Positions 36,901 through 51,561 of a stretch of DNA of 64,000 nucleotides are shown here, in pieces. The position numbers and the translations under genes are program-made. The notes under the pieces are model-generated. The model did no database searches, had not been told where the DNA came from, and was given only the letters and a program-made list of their open reading frames with translations. Position 1 is the first letter of the stretch; the number at the start of each line of letters is the position of its first letter. This DNA comes from Octopus sinensis (Eukaryota): contig NC_042999.1 of NCBI RefSeq assembly GCF_006345805.1, positions 75,020,001-75,084,000 of the forward strand, given 5' to 3'.

Positions 36901-38265
36901 TTGGTACCCACCAGGCACCCAGCTCTCACCTGTGGCTCCATGTACAGTGGACACACCCTAATAAACTACTTTGACTGGTGAGCTAAACCAGCTGAGGGTA
37001 GCCTGTGGGTCTCATACCCTCAGCGAGATACCGGTTGTCTACCCATGCATATGAAGACTGGTTCTGGCATACTGGGTAGCAGAAACTACCAGTGAGGTCC
37101 AACAGACAGAAAGGCAATACCAGCAGGAGTTGTAGAGTGCCTAGAACATGACAAAACACTATAGAACCCTGGTCATCCACTGCACCAGGAAGGGTCTCCA
37201 GCTGTAACACTTTTCTGTGCTCCTGAATGAAGGTTCTTTCTGCTGAGCAAGTGGTATTGGCCTCTATGCAATGGATCTCCCACTTAAAACAACTTCATGC
37301 ACAGGTGTCTGTGCTTTTCAGCCTTCCAACTGTCAACCTTAAGTCCTGTGACAATGGAAAAGTGGTGAAAGGGACAGCTGAAGGTGACCACTAGAAACTT
37401 TAGTCACAAGCCTGCATGGTTGCTGTTCTTCGTATTGGACAGCAGAGAACTTCGGCAGCTTCCCTGGTGGATGAGTAGCTTCTTCAGAACAGCACTGCTC
37501 ATCCTAGTAAGGAAGGGCCTAGAAAAGGTGGCCTAATGAAAACTTGCCCTAAACAGTTCTGGCCAGTTAACTGCAGCTGATAGATTTATCCATTTGTGGT
37601 CAGTCTAAATTGAGAAAGGAAAACCTAGTTATTGGTACAATATCAACATTGCAGCAATTAGTGAAACTCAACAGGCCAGGGAAGGGGCACTGACAGAATC
37701 AGATAGCAGCTACACATTCTTCTGTAAAGGTAAGGCTCTACATGAGGACAAAATACATGGAGTTGGAGTCTCCTAAAACATATTCCCTGTCTTCCCACAG
37801 GTGCAAATGAAAGGCTTCTGAAACTTTGCCTCCCTGTCAGCAACAAACACTTCATTATCATCATAAGTGTGTATGTCCCTACAATGATGTGCACATAAGA
37901 GATCAGAGAGCAGTTCTATGCTGATCTGGATGCTGCTCTATCTGACATGCCTGCTAATGACAAGCTTGTAATACTAGGCAACTCAACACCAGAGTCAGCA
38001 GAGATGAGGAGCAGTGGAGAGGAGTTATAGGGAAGCAGGGAGATGAGAAGATCAATAGCAATGGACTTCTTTTGCTGAGCAATATTAAAAGGATTCATTT
38101 TTCTTTAATTCTCATTAGAGGGATTATAAAAAAAAGAATTATATAGACTAGGAAATAAGTTAGAAAATAGGAAGAACAAATGGTTAACAGTTAGAAGCTA
38201 GTACCACTTCACCAGCTTACATATATATATATATATATATCATCATCATCATCATCATCATCATC

Positions 38266-38336
<71 letters not shown>

Positions 38337-41300
38337 TATGTGTATGTATGTATGTGTGTGTGTATGTATCATCCCCATTGTCATCATTTAATGTCCGTTT
38401 TTCATGCCGGCGTGGGGTGGATGATTTAACCTTAGCTGGCAAATTGGGAGCTGCATCAGACACCAGGATGATTTGGTATAGTTTCTATGGCTGTATGCCC
38501 TTCCTAACACCAACCACTTTACAGAGTGTACTGGGTGCTGGTTGCTTTTGTGTGGCACCTCACAGATACTTTTACATGGCACTCTACAGGCACTTTTACA
38601 TGGCACTGCTTGGGTGCTTTTATATGGCACTGTTACAAGTGCTTTTCACCATCAGAAAGACAAGTCTTAACATTTCTGCTGTGAAGTACAGGTTTTCTTG
38701 AGAACATCAAGGCACCAGGCACCTCAGTTCTTTGTTATTTTCCTCATGAATATATATGTATGTATATAATACAAATACAAACATATTTCTTTATGAATAC
38801 AAATATTCATATCTATTTATTTATATAGAAATTTCTACATAGAGCCTTATATATACCAAATACAATATTATTATTGAGTGAGAAAGCAGCATATTCCATC
38901 AAAATGACACTAGGGAACAAATATACAAAGCCCAATATATCCATCATGACTATTTGTTTGATAAGGGTACACCAGGATCATGCATCACAAACATATGTGC
39001 CCTATCACATATCAAGATAAACAGCACATGACTTTGCAGGTGGGACCCAGTTAAAATTTTCCTCAGGTCCTGTAGCCCATCCCACTTAAAATGTCACCCA
39101 AATCCATGTTTCCAAAATTCCCCTCAGCACACAGCTATGATGCTCTCCCATGACTCCTGCACATGATCAGAGATGCACATATCTTCAACCACTAAGAGAC
39201 ATGCTGAACTGATTGAGATTCAACTGACAAGTAAATTTGTGGTATTGAGCAGAATATTTGTTATAACCTATCTTTTATACCAAGACTAAGCATGTACATG
39301 ATGACACTTCCAATCGGTTATGATCAGAAGCCATTAGAGCTACTGTCTTGTACTGCACCAGGGCATTTATTATTATTGTTGTTGTTGTTGTTGTTGTTGT
39401 CATCATCATCATCATTATTGTTATTATTATTATTAGGCAGCCAGCTGGCAGAATTGTTAGCACATAGGGCAAATGCTTAATGAAATTTTGTCCATCTTTA
39501 TGTTCAAAGTTCAAATTCTGCTGAGGTTGGCTTTGCCTTTCATCCTTTCAGAGTTGATAAAAATAAGTACGAGTGAAACACTGGAGTCAATGTAATCAAC
39601 TTGTACCTTCCCCAAAGTTTAAGGCCTTGTGCCTTTAGTAGAAAAGATTAATATGTATTAATTAAAACTTTAAAATGATTTATTAGTATTTGTTATGTTC
39701 AACTGAGTTTATCAAATGATTGTACAAAGGGAACCGCTAACTGAAATTTTAGTTGAATTAAAGCTTTTTGAAAACTATAATTTGGGGTTTATCTCTATGT
39801 CAGCTAGGATTTTTGAAGGTTATGAAAACAAAATGGAAATATGTAAAAAGAGAAGACATTTCTGAGTTAAAAGGGTTTATTAAGAGTTAAAATGAAATGG
39901 AGAGAATAATATAGAGAGCTTTTAAATTAAAGAGGGAAGAAAGAAAGCTGTAAGATTCAAAAGCAGAGTTAGTCTTTTGAATGTGTGTGTGGCAACAGCA
40001 TTCTAAACTTGTGTGCATTATTCTAATGTTAATCTTCTTTGAGAGTCACCAGCTGGTTGGGGACAAAGTGCATTGTGGCTATAAAAAGAATTCTTTGGAG
40101 AGAAGTCTTAGGAATGTTATACATGTGAGTTTACCATCAGAGAGAATGAGAGAGTGAGTGAGATCGAAGTGGTAGGGGGCAAATATATTTTGTTACATGA
40201 GATTCTTAGCTAATTATGACAAATGTTTCCTGAATTTATTGTATTGCTTCTAAGAAAACAGAAATAGTCAAGTAATACATCAACAAATTTATATTTTAAG
40301 TATTTACATTTAATTACATGTTTTTAAAATGTTCTGTTTTTATTTTCTATTATTTCAGAGTGTCCAGCTGGAACAAGAAAGTGTAAAAATAATTATTGTT
40401 ATAGTGAATCTAAAGTATGTGACAGAACCAATGATTGTAGTGATGGTAGTGATGAAATGAATTGCAGTAAGTGTTTATTTTGTCTATTATATTCATCATC
40501 ATCATCATCATCTAATGACTTTTCCATGCTGGTATGGAGTTGGCTGGCTGAAGAGCTGCCCAGACTCCATGTCTATCTTGGCTTGGTTCTTACAGCTTGA
40601 TGTCTTTCTAACATCAACTACTTTTCAGAGTGTACTGGGTGTGTTTACGCAGCATCACTATGGTCTTTTTTACATTGCACCAGCATTCACAAGCCCTCAA
40701 GATTCACTAGCCACAATAATATAGTCCCTGTCATTCCTAAGGAAAAAATCTGTAAAAAGACCACATAAAATTGGTCATTCTGTTCATCTGCCAACTCAGG
40801 GTGTGGGGTGTAAGCAGAAATACATGTAACTGTTGATTTTCATGAGATTAGTATAAACTTAATTATCTTTTCATGCACTCTGACTAACTAGGTTACTAAT
40901 TTTTATGCCAAAATATGACTACATCACCCACCAAAATTTGCTACCTACCTAAAAGAATTTGTACCTATGTTACTTACCTGTGAGAAATCTAGCTGAGGCT
41001 CCTCTCCATCTTAATTCTTGCACACTACACATGCCTACATGCCTCTTTTCTAGTATTTCAGTATTCTCACTGGTCTTATCCTTCATTGTAACCAACATTG
41101 ATTGTAGTTACCCACAAATACGGCAATATTTACCAAGAGAGAAAATTCTCATGTGGTTATATTGTGCATAAGAGCACCTCATAGCTATCATCAGCAGCAA
41201 CAGCAGACACTTACCTCTACTTCTGCTATTAAGACTATCAAATCACATGATTTTGATTTGATTTGGCCTTTTCATGGGTAGACATCAAGCAGCTGGAAAT

Positions 41301-44300
41301 AGTAGTAACTCTCTATGCTAGCAATATACATAGAAATACAAAGCCAAAATAGGCACTGATATCTCAGAAGGCCAGTGGACTTATGAAAAAAATAAATAGA
41401 GCAACAGAAACAGTATTAATACAAAAGTAAAATATTCACCATTTAAAAGTGGATGCTGTGTTAGAACACATAAATACTGCAGTATTTATCAAGAGAGAAA
41501 ACTCTTATGTGGTTATATGATGCCTAAAAGCACATCATGGTTATTATCAGTGGCAGACAATCACTACTACTTCCATGTCTTTGGTGTCTATCATTGAAAA
41601 GGCCAAATCAGGCCTAAATCCCGTGATCTGGTAGTCTGAGTGGCAAAAGTTGCAGTCATTGTCTACTACTGGCAATAGCTATGACGTGCTGTTGATAATA
41701 GTTTCAATGAAGATGTTACTGATGATATTAACAATGATAGTGAAAATACTGACGAAATGGTAATAATGATATTGATGATAGTATTGAAGATGAAGATGAT
41801 GATGATATATTGGTGTTAATGATGATAAAAATGATAATGGGGACAATAATATAGATAGTGGAGGTGCTGGTAGGGATGATGATGATGATTAATTCAATTT
41901 GCATTTTCTCTTTCCTTACTAGGTTCTTCAATTTCCTGTCCTTTCAAATCAAAATACTATTGTGGTTATAAAATTGTAAATGGATGGAAACATGTATTAA
42001 ATGAAAATGTGCCACACTTTGCTGTTCCTGGTAAGTATAGTGGCCACTTACCTTTCAGTATAAGTATTGCCTTTTACATTCTCCTCCTGAATCTCTTTCT
42101 TCTCATTTTATTATTTTTTTCTTATTCTTTCTGTTTCACTCATGTACTCCACACATTATCTAATTTCCTAGATAATGCTTAATGCCTATAGTATTTTCTA
42201 CTATCCCTATCTGGATTTTAGGGATACACTAGCCAACTGTATCAGAAGTTTGATTCTCAGTTATAAGACTCCAGGATCACTCCCACTATGGGGCACACTG
42301 TGTCTTAGCTTCTGGTTGACCCAGACCTTCTGAGTATCATCGTCATGCAGCATTACACTTAATCTGCTTGAATATTATATTAATATTACAGGTGTCAATG
42401 GAACCCTCATCTGCTTAATTGAACTACTGAAACCCTAATTTGTTGGAACAGACACAACATCCATTCATTCTTAACTTTTGGTTTTCCCATCACTAATTGC
42501 TAACTTCTCAAGTATCACTTCCTTCAACCTGTTCATTCCTCCTAACTTAGTTTTACTTCTCTTAGCATAACATACCCTCTCCCCATCCCACAACAGCATT
42601 ACCCTATTATCACTCTGTACCAGATCATTTATATCATCACATATTTTGTTTTCACATTTTTTGCTAGAACTCTCTTCTTGATGTTCTCAGTAGTACAAAT
42701 GATTGAGTTGATAGGATGTGTACAAACAGTTAAGAGCTTCGCAACATGTATTTTGTTACCAGCACAATGACATGCCATTGTAACTAATATGGTTAATTGA
42801 CAATGACCAAATTTAACAAACTATATGAGTCGTAAAGGAATGTAATCCATTAATAGCTGCTTTGGAAAACCGATTTGTATAACTGATTTGTTGGACTGCA
42901 TGGATGAGTTTACTTTAAAGGACAGCATCCCATCTAAGAAAGGATCCTATGTGAAGTAACATTTGTTGTTCAACTGCTTATTGTTAGAGAAAGCCAAAAT
43001 AAGTAGCAGTCCATTTGATAAAAAAGCTTTATGGAAGGAAAACATGTGTTTCTTATATCTTCAACTTTCTGTTTGGAATTTGGAATTTTTTATTTGTTGG
43101 AAGAAACAGTAAACTTATTTGCTAATGTTTCAACAAATAATGACTTATTTTTGAAGAAAAGTTAGAAACTCTGGCTTTTCACCCATTCAATTGTTTGCTT
43201 TGCAATTCAGTGATTCTGCTGATATTTTTGATAATATTCTTTAATTTACAGGTAGTATGCTGATTGTAAGAGCAAAAGGGAAAATGCTATCACCCATAGA
43301 AACATTGACAGATTCATGTGTGAAATTCCAATATACTTCAGCTTCTGATTTAACTGGAAATTTCTCAGTTATTTGGAATCAATGGAATGTTACTACTGGA
43401 ATTTTACATCGTCAAACTTGGAGTGAATTATATTTTAATGACATGTATGGATCTTATGAAGGACAACTCCAGTTATCTGCAGGGAAAGGTTTTCTTGAAT
43501 TCATAGCAGATGTTGGGTCTGCAGGTCTGGCAATTAATAATGTTACAGTTTTTGAAGGAACCTGTCCTGAATTAAGTTAGTAATTAATTTTATCTTATTT
43601 TAATTTTTCATCGTTTGATTTTTATTTTCTTAATTTTGATCAATGATCACAGTCAGAACAGCTTTCATTATAGATTTGCTCAATGAAAATTGAAGTTAAA
43701 TAAAAGCAACAAATTTGTGTAAGGCAAACAGGTACCATATGTTTCTACTAAATGTTTAGGTGCTAACATACATTGAGATGTGGGATATACACCAGACAGT
43801 AGTTAGCAGTTCCAAACTATGCAATGTTTGTTTTGATGATTTCCTATTTGTTATGTGGTGATCATAACTAGTTTAATATGTATGACCAGAACTGATACCA
43901 TACTCATATTTCAAAATACAAATATGCTTATACAGCTGGACATGTGGTGCAAATATTAGGGCATTTAATTTGTGTCAAACTTAATCAATACCAAAAGACA
44001 TTTGGTTAAAGATATTGCTTTTAATTATAGATACTTGAGTTCCTGTCTTGTCATCATCATCATCATCATTTAACATCCGATTTCCATGCTGGCATGGGTT
44101 GGACAGTTTGACTCAGGACTGGCTGCACCAAGCTCTAATCTGATTTGACAAGGTTTCTACAGCTGGAGGTTCTTCCTAATGCCAACCACTCTGAGAGTGT
44201 AGTGGGTGCATTTTACGTGCCACCAGCACTTCAACTTAATTTCAACATTAAATTTTCACCTACCAAGGTCGATTTTACCTTTCATCCTTTCAGGGTTGAT

Positions 44301-44691
44301 AGATTAAGTACCAGTTATGTACTGGGGTCGATCTAATCGACTGGCCTCCTCCTCCAAAATTTCAGGCCTTGTGCCTAGAGTAGAAAAGAATCAAGGTGGA
44401 AACATGCTAGGTGAAATGCTTAGCGGTATTTTTTCAGTCTTTATGTTCTGAGTTTAAATTCTGCTGAGGCCGACTTAGCCTTTCATCCTTTTGGGGCTGA
44501 TAATTTAAGTACCAGTTGAATACTGGGGTCGATCTAATTGACTAGCCTCCTCCCTCAAAATTTCGGGCCTCGTGCCTAGAATAGAAAAGAAAAAATTTCA
44601 TTTGTGACAAAATATTTTCGTTGCTTTGAAACCATGATCTGTTCACTGACAAAACTTCACAAAAGTGATGTGGCACGAAGTTTTGTCAGTG

Positions 44692-44730
<39 letters not shown>

Positions 44731-47700
44731 GTACACACATTCATTGCCTTTCATTTGTGTGTATGTGTATCTATGTGTGTGTGTATCACTTTTGAAGTCA
44801 CTCATGCAACTTTTTTGTGTATATATTGGCTTAGTGGTATAGAATGTTTGGAAACTGTGAATAAGGTGCAAGTTTCAAGTACTTGTTGGTAATTTTTTTC
44901 TTCTTATATTCTAATAGTAATTACCCAACTTTCTAGGCTCTTCTCACAGCTATTCCACGTTCAAAAAATTATACAGGTGTTTTAAAAAATTTTCACATAA
45001 TAAATAATGTTTCTGCATTACATATACATTAATATAATAAACTGTCAGTTTTCCAAATAGCGTGAGAGACTTTGCAAATAAAAATGGAATACTCTGCAGT
45101 GAATGCAATGAATATTTAAATCGGTGAAGAATTATACACAGTAAATGAAATGAATATTTGCGAGAAATAGGAGTTAAAAAAATTCAATAATCTTGAGAAA
45201 TCGAAATTATAGGAAATTTCTTAGAACATGAATTTATAAAAATATTTCCAGAAGTTCAACTAATTGCTTTCTTTTAGTTCTTTTAGTAATTGTTACATAC
45301 CTAATTAATAAGCAGCTTTCTCCATTACAGTATAGATTTCAGGAATTCCTATTTACATTGTGTTCCATATAATACATACTATTAATTTATACTGTGTTGT
45401 TTGTAAAGTAAGCTAAAATATAGCTTCAAATATTTTAATTTTAAGCATGGTACTTAGCCTTAACAGTTTTGCTAAATGAATTTTTAAATTCTAATCAATT
45501 TCTGAAAGATAACCTACTTCAAAATCAAACCTGAAGTTTTAAGCTTAAATGTTAAAATCAGGTAAATATTATTAATATATATTGGTATGTGTTTCTACAA
45601 TTAACTTCGGTTAACATTACTATATATAGCAATATTAACCAGAATTAATTTTAGTTATATCCTTAAAATCTGTTATAACACCTACTGACAATTTTTCTAA
45701 CCATTAATCTTTCACATCAGTTTTTGATTAATGTTGACAAATAAAGTGAAAATTTCAATGGTCCCATGGAATATTCTAGAACACTTTAGTGATCTTATAA
45801 AACCCAGGAATACCGCTCTCTATCGAGTTTATCTTGATTGCATCAGAAACCTCAGAATCTTGAGGGAAACTTTTAATAAGAAGTTCCTCATCCCTCAACT
45901 TTCTCTCTCTCTCAGTTATTATTGTTGTAACCAGAGGGAATGTCCTGTGTTTGGATGAAATTTCTCACCTCTTATCGTTTGGCAATTTTGTTAATGCTTA
46001 ATTCACACACATAACATGCAAAAATACCACAAATTGTACATTGTATATACATATAGAAACGTTTAATGTTGTTAATAAACAGTGTTGAAGATAATTCTTT
46101 CTTCTCAACTTGTAATTACTTTTGATTATGAACATGTTAATCATATCATAGCCTCATAATCACTAAAATCTTCTCTCATCTATTGAAACATAGTGTAGAC
46201 ATAGTAAATACAGTATAAATGTATTCTCTAAAGATGAGGTTAATAGTTCACAAAATCTTAATAATGACTCAGCTCACTTATTTTGACATTTCATTAGCAA
46301 TTTTTATTATTTATGTTACAGATTGCTCAACGAATAGCTTTAAGTGTTTAGACAATTCAAAATGTATCAATAAAAGAAATCTATGTAACATTTATTGGAA
46401 TTGCAATGATGGCAGTGATGAAAAAAATTGTTGTAAGTAAAAATTCAATATTCAATATTTCAAATGAGGAATAACTATTATTTTTAAAACAAGTGGTCAG
46501 TCTTCAAAATATCTTTTGTTTACGTGCTTGTTTCTGTATATCTTTTTATGAGGGCATGTACATACATACATACATACATGCATACATATGTGTATATGTA
46601 CATACATACATACAGACATACATATACACACATATACACATTCATATTTGAATTTGAGAATGAATGTTTTTTGCAAGCGCATGTATGTATATATGTGTGT
46701 ATATGTGCAAGTTTAGGAAAGTATTTTGTGCAAATTTTTAACTACCTGTGTGTTCTTTAGTAAATGTCCATTTAAACTGTATACATGTGTGTGTGTGTGT
46801 GTGTGTATGTTGTTATATGTGATTGTGTGTGATTTTAAAGTTTTCTCTTTGTTTAAGGATGATAAGCCAAAAGTTGGCTAAAAAGTACTATCCATTATTT
46901 GTTTCATGATACATAGATAAGATTTTTAGTATATTATTTCACACAGATTTTGCACTAGGGGACAGTTAATACTATCAATCTCACCACATAAACTTGTTGA
47001 AGATTAAAAAGCATACTAGGCCTTGGAAAGATTTCAACTCAAGTTCTCTGAGCTAGTTGTTTAATATATTTGTTACCATATTGGTATTAATAGTAAGGCC
47101 TGGTTCTTCATCAGTAATAACAATGAGTGTTCAGTGGAACAATCTGTTCCTGAAATTAACATACAAATAGCTGACCACACTACAGAGATGTGTACCCTTG
47201 ACGTAGTTCTCTGGTAGATTCAGCATGACACAGAATGTAACAAGGCTGGCCCTTTGAATTACAGGTACTACTTATTTTTGCCAGCTGAATTTTATGTCAA
47301 TGAAAATGGACAAAACTACAAATGGTTGATGGGTTCACCTATCTATGAAGTACATTCTCCAGAGCAGTAAATATGTGTGTCTGTGTGTGTGCGTGCACGG
47401 TGTGTGTATGTTTGTGTGTGTGTGTGTCAGTGAGGGAGAGAGAGAGGGAGAAAGGGAAAGAGAGATAAAAACAGAGAGAGAGATCTATGTAAAATTTTGT
47501 ATATATTAATGTAAAGTAATATAGATTTCGTGTCTCTTATAGACTGTTTTAACTCCATAGTTAGGTTTTGTTTGTCTTTGCACCAAATTGTCCTTGTTTG
47601 GAATTGTCCTGTCCAGAAATGTTTATGAACCCTTAGAAAGTACTGAAAGGTAGCAAATGAAAATGGAACTTAGCCGTTATCGTAATCTTAAAAAAATTTC

Positions 47701-50700
47701 CATTCAAAGTATGAAAGATGTAGCAAACTGTATTTGATTGCATTTGATTATTGACATAAGCAATCATAAAAATGCAAACAATTTTTATAAAGAGCAATGT
47801 TTCATTGCAGTTATATATGCATATCTTTTAAAATTTTATTATATCTTATGGAAGCAGTAATAACTGATGCAGAAATGCTGGGTTCTGCAGGACTTTTGAT
47901 CTAAATTATTAATGACCTGCAAAACTACAAGACAAAATTTGATGCTGACACTTCAAAAATAATTTCAATAATATATCATTAGCTGTAAGGTGGCAAGCTG
48001 GCAGAAATGTTAGCACACTGGGTAAAATGCTTAGCGGTATTTCATCTGTCTTTACATTCTGAGTTCAAATTCCACCAAGGTTGACTTTGCATACTGGGAT
48101 CGATCTAATTGACTGGCCCTCCTCCCCAATAATTTTGGGCCGTGTGCCTAGAGTAGAAAAGAATATATCATTAGCTGCTCTTATTCTGAAATATCAAGAA
48201 TATTATTATTGTTGCTAATCATTTAATGTCATTATTTGATCATTTACTTATCTTCACTTATTCTGAATTTCAGCAAAATACTTCAGTTGTGATTTTGAAG
48301 ATATGTATATGTGTGGTTTTAAAAGTTTCCCAGAAAAATATTGGTTCTTGCATACAGGCCTTTCTGGTGAAAGACCAAAACTTGATCATTCAGAAAGAAG
48401 ATTTAGTGGTGAAGTATTTTTTTAATATTTAAATTCCTTGTTGTTATAAAATGTATTTCTCCATGATAGCAAGTATCAAATATGCCCATAGAAGATTAAG
48501 AATCACAGTTATAGATTGACTATTTCTCTCCTAGTCTATATTAGATTTCTCCTACAGTTATTTCTACCCATTCATTGATATTTTCATGCAGCAATATCTT
48601 AATCCACTATTCATTTTTATTACTACAAACACATTCTCAATACAATTAGCATTTACAAATTTAATGAAAAATAATGGCATAATTTCTATTCTATCAGAAT
48701 ATAACTTTCGGTAACCTCTGATATTACACAAGCTGTCTTATTTTATTAACAAAGTTATATTCTGTAAGCTTTTTCATACAATCCCTACAAGCCTTGATCC
48801 CTGATGATGGCATCTATATAAAATAAAACATTTTATTGTTGCAGGTCATTATGTAATGTCAACTTCCAGTGAAGATAGCTATCTATTTTTCCCTAAAATA
48901 AGTATTGAAGACACTTCCTGTCTTAACTTTTATTACACGTTTTTTGGAGATGGTAACGTATCAGTTTATGACAATGATACTTTCCTATTGAGCCTTTCTA
49001 AATTTGATCCTGATATGTGGAGAGGTGTCAATATTACACTGCCCAGTGGAAGTCATAGCATTAACTTGCTATACTCAGGTGGAAATAACAAGATTGGAGC
49101 AGTGGCACTTGACAGTGTTTCATTAATCCCAGGAAGATGTATACTCAAAGGTAAGACAGTTCTTTTTTACTTTCCTTAATACAATTTCAGGTAACAAGAA
49201 TAAGAAGTTATGGCAAATGCATACATCCACAAACTTGTAACAGTTTGAGTATTCATTTGGAAAGTCTTTATATTCCACCATTTATAAACTTCGATTTTTA
49301 CTTTATGAAGACTGATTATAGTTACAGCAAAGCAAATCTGAACACCTGTTTTATTTTTCCAAACCAATGGTATTATTAATAAATAATTCTCTCCTACCTA
49401 AATTAAGCTATGTTTATTTAAAATTTTCTTTATATGTCAACTTAAAAACAATGATCTGATTAGTTTGAACTGTAATCTTATGAAGGTGTTCTATATCTGA
49501 ATACAGGTATTGTTTCAGGCTGGGTTTGTAACTTACAGCATCTATAGTACATCTATAGTACATGCTCAATAATTGATATATGTATCAGTAAGACCTATCT
49601 TTACAAAACATGCTTATGCAGACGTCCAAAGGATATGGTTGTCAATGTTCTTTTTACAGGTTTTGTAATTTAAAATGACACTCTCCAGGTAGATGAAGCA
49701 TTCGACTGTGTTAGGGGTATGTCCTTCAATACTGATTTAATATAGTAGGTACATATGATAGTTTCTGGAACTACACTTCAAAGCTTGACAGAACTGTCTG
49801 GAGGGCCACCTCTGTGAGTGCTAGAAGGGTGCAATCCTCTGCAAACTACAGGTCAAGGATGAGCACTTTCAGAATTGTTGTGCAAGCTGTCAGTATGGAA
49901 ATGGATGTAGATGCCCTCATGCAAGTCTTCCTTGGCCTTTCACAGCATCATGCTGAAGAAGATTGTAAAGAGAGTCAGCACCAGAACAGAACTCTGTTTC
50001 ACTGTTCCCTATGGGGAAGGTCTCCAACAGGTCACCATTGTACTTTATCAGTCCCAAGCATTGAAACCATGCTACAATCCAGACAGCTCAGGTGGGTAGA
50101 CATGTGTCATGCAGGGAAAAATCCATAATACTAAAGGCCTGTATTAAAAGGTCTAGGAAAAAGAGATGGAGGAGACCCCTAGAAACATTTTACAGACCAG
50201 TTGAAACACCAGCTTACTCAGGCAGAGATAGACCCTAGACGATATGATGGAGCTGCAGCACAGAGGGAGGTGAAGAAAAATTGCATCCAGATCTCTGCAA
50301 GCAATGATGATAAGGCCAAAGCAACTGTAGTAGATGAGAGACAGCATAGAAGGAGTCATAATCAGGACTCCCATCTGACAAAAGCCTGTATATTTGCCCA
50401 AAGCACACTAAAGCCTGTTGTTCAAGGATTGGTTTGCACAGACATTTAAGGGCTTGCCACTCTTTCTCATGATGTTCAGACATAAAAAAGTGCCATCACA
50501 TATCTTTATAATACTGAAAATTCAAAATGAGTTTGCCTGTATGATTCTGTGATGATAAAGTGTTTTTATTTACATACTTTTACAGAAAAGTTTCTTTGTT
50601 TGAAAAAAAAAATCTGTATATTTCTGGTCCCCAGAACCCTCAAAACAAGAGATTTGTTCCTTTCCAATATAGAAAAGAAACTTCTCTAATGGAAAAAAGA

Positions 50701-50737
50701 CAACAAGAAAATTATGCACAGAAGGACACACACTTTT

Positions 50738-50768
<31 letters not shown>

Positions 50769-51129
50769 TGCATGCATATATGCATGCTACAAATAGAGAA
50801 CTCCTGTACAAAAAACATTTAAATCAATACAGGCTTGACATATGGTTGACATATGGATGATGGGTGATTTGAGAATTTCAGGTAGAAATAAATGGTCACT
50901 GCATCTGCATAAGCGTGGACAATGTTAGGTGTGATGGCAATGGGTCACAGATTTATAAAAGGAAGAGAGTCAAGGACAAAACCAATTCACTGAACTTCTG
51001 TAAAGATCCCACTGATGAGTGACATAGGATATTAGGTGTGTAGTAGATCTGGTCTGTAGAAGTCACACTGATAGTCACTGAAGAGAGAAAAAGAGAGAAA
51101 GAAAGAGAGACAGACAGATAATGAGTGTA

Positions 51130-51166
<37 letters not shown>

Positions 51167-51506
51167 CATGGTAATGGAGGGAGAATATTATTGTTAATAG
51201 TTGTCTTCATTGCTTGATAAAATAAATAGATATAATTTCATTATTCCAATAGTATTCATTGTTTTGTTTCTTTTTCATTTAAAAGGTTGTGGAAAGGATT
51301 GGTATCCATGTAATAACAACTCTACATGCTATCCTTTCATTGCAAAATGTGATGGCATACAAAATTGTCCTAATGGAGAAGATGAAAATAATTGCAATGG
51401 TAAATTATATATATTTGATTTTGTTGAATAGCATTGATTCAGAATAAATATTTTGTTAAAATAATTTTTTAGTGAAGGCAGGAACATTTAACAAAAACAA
51501 TAACCC

Positions 51507-51561
<55 letters not shown>

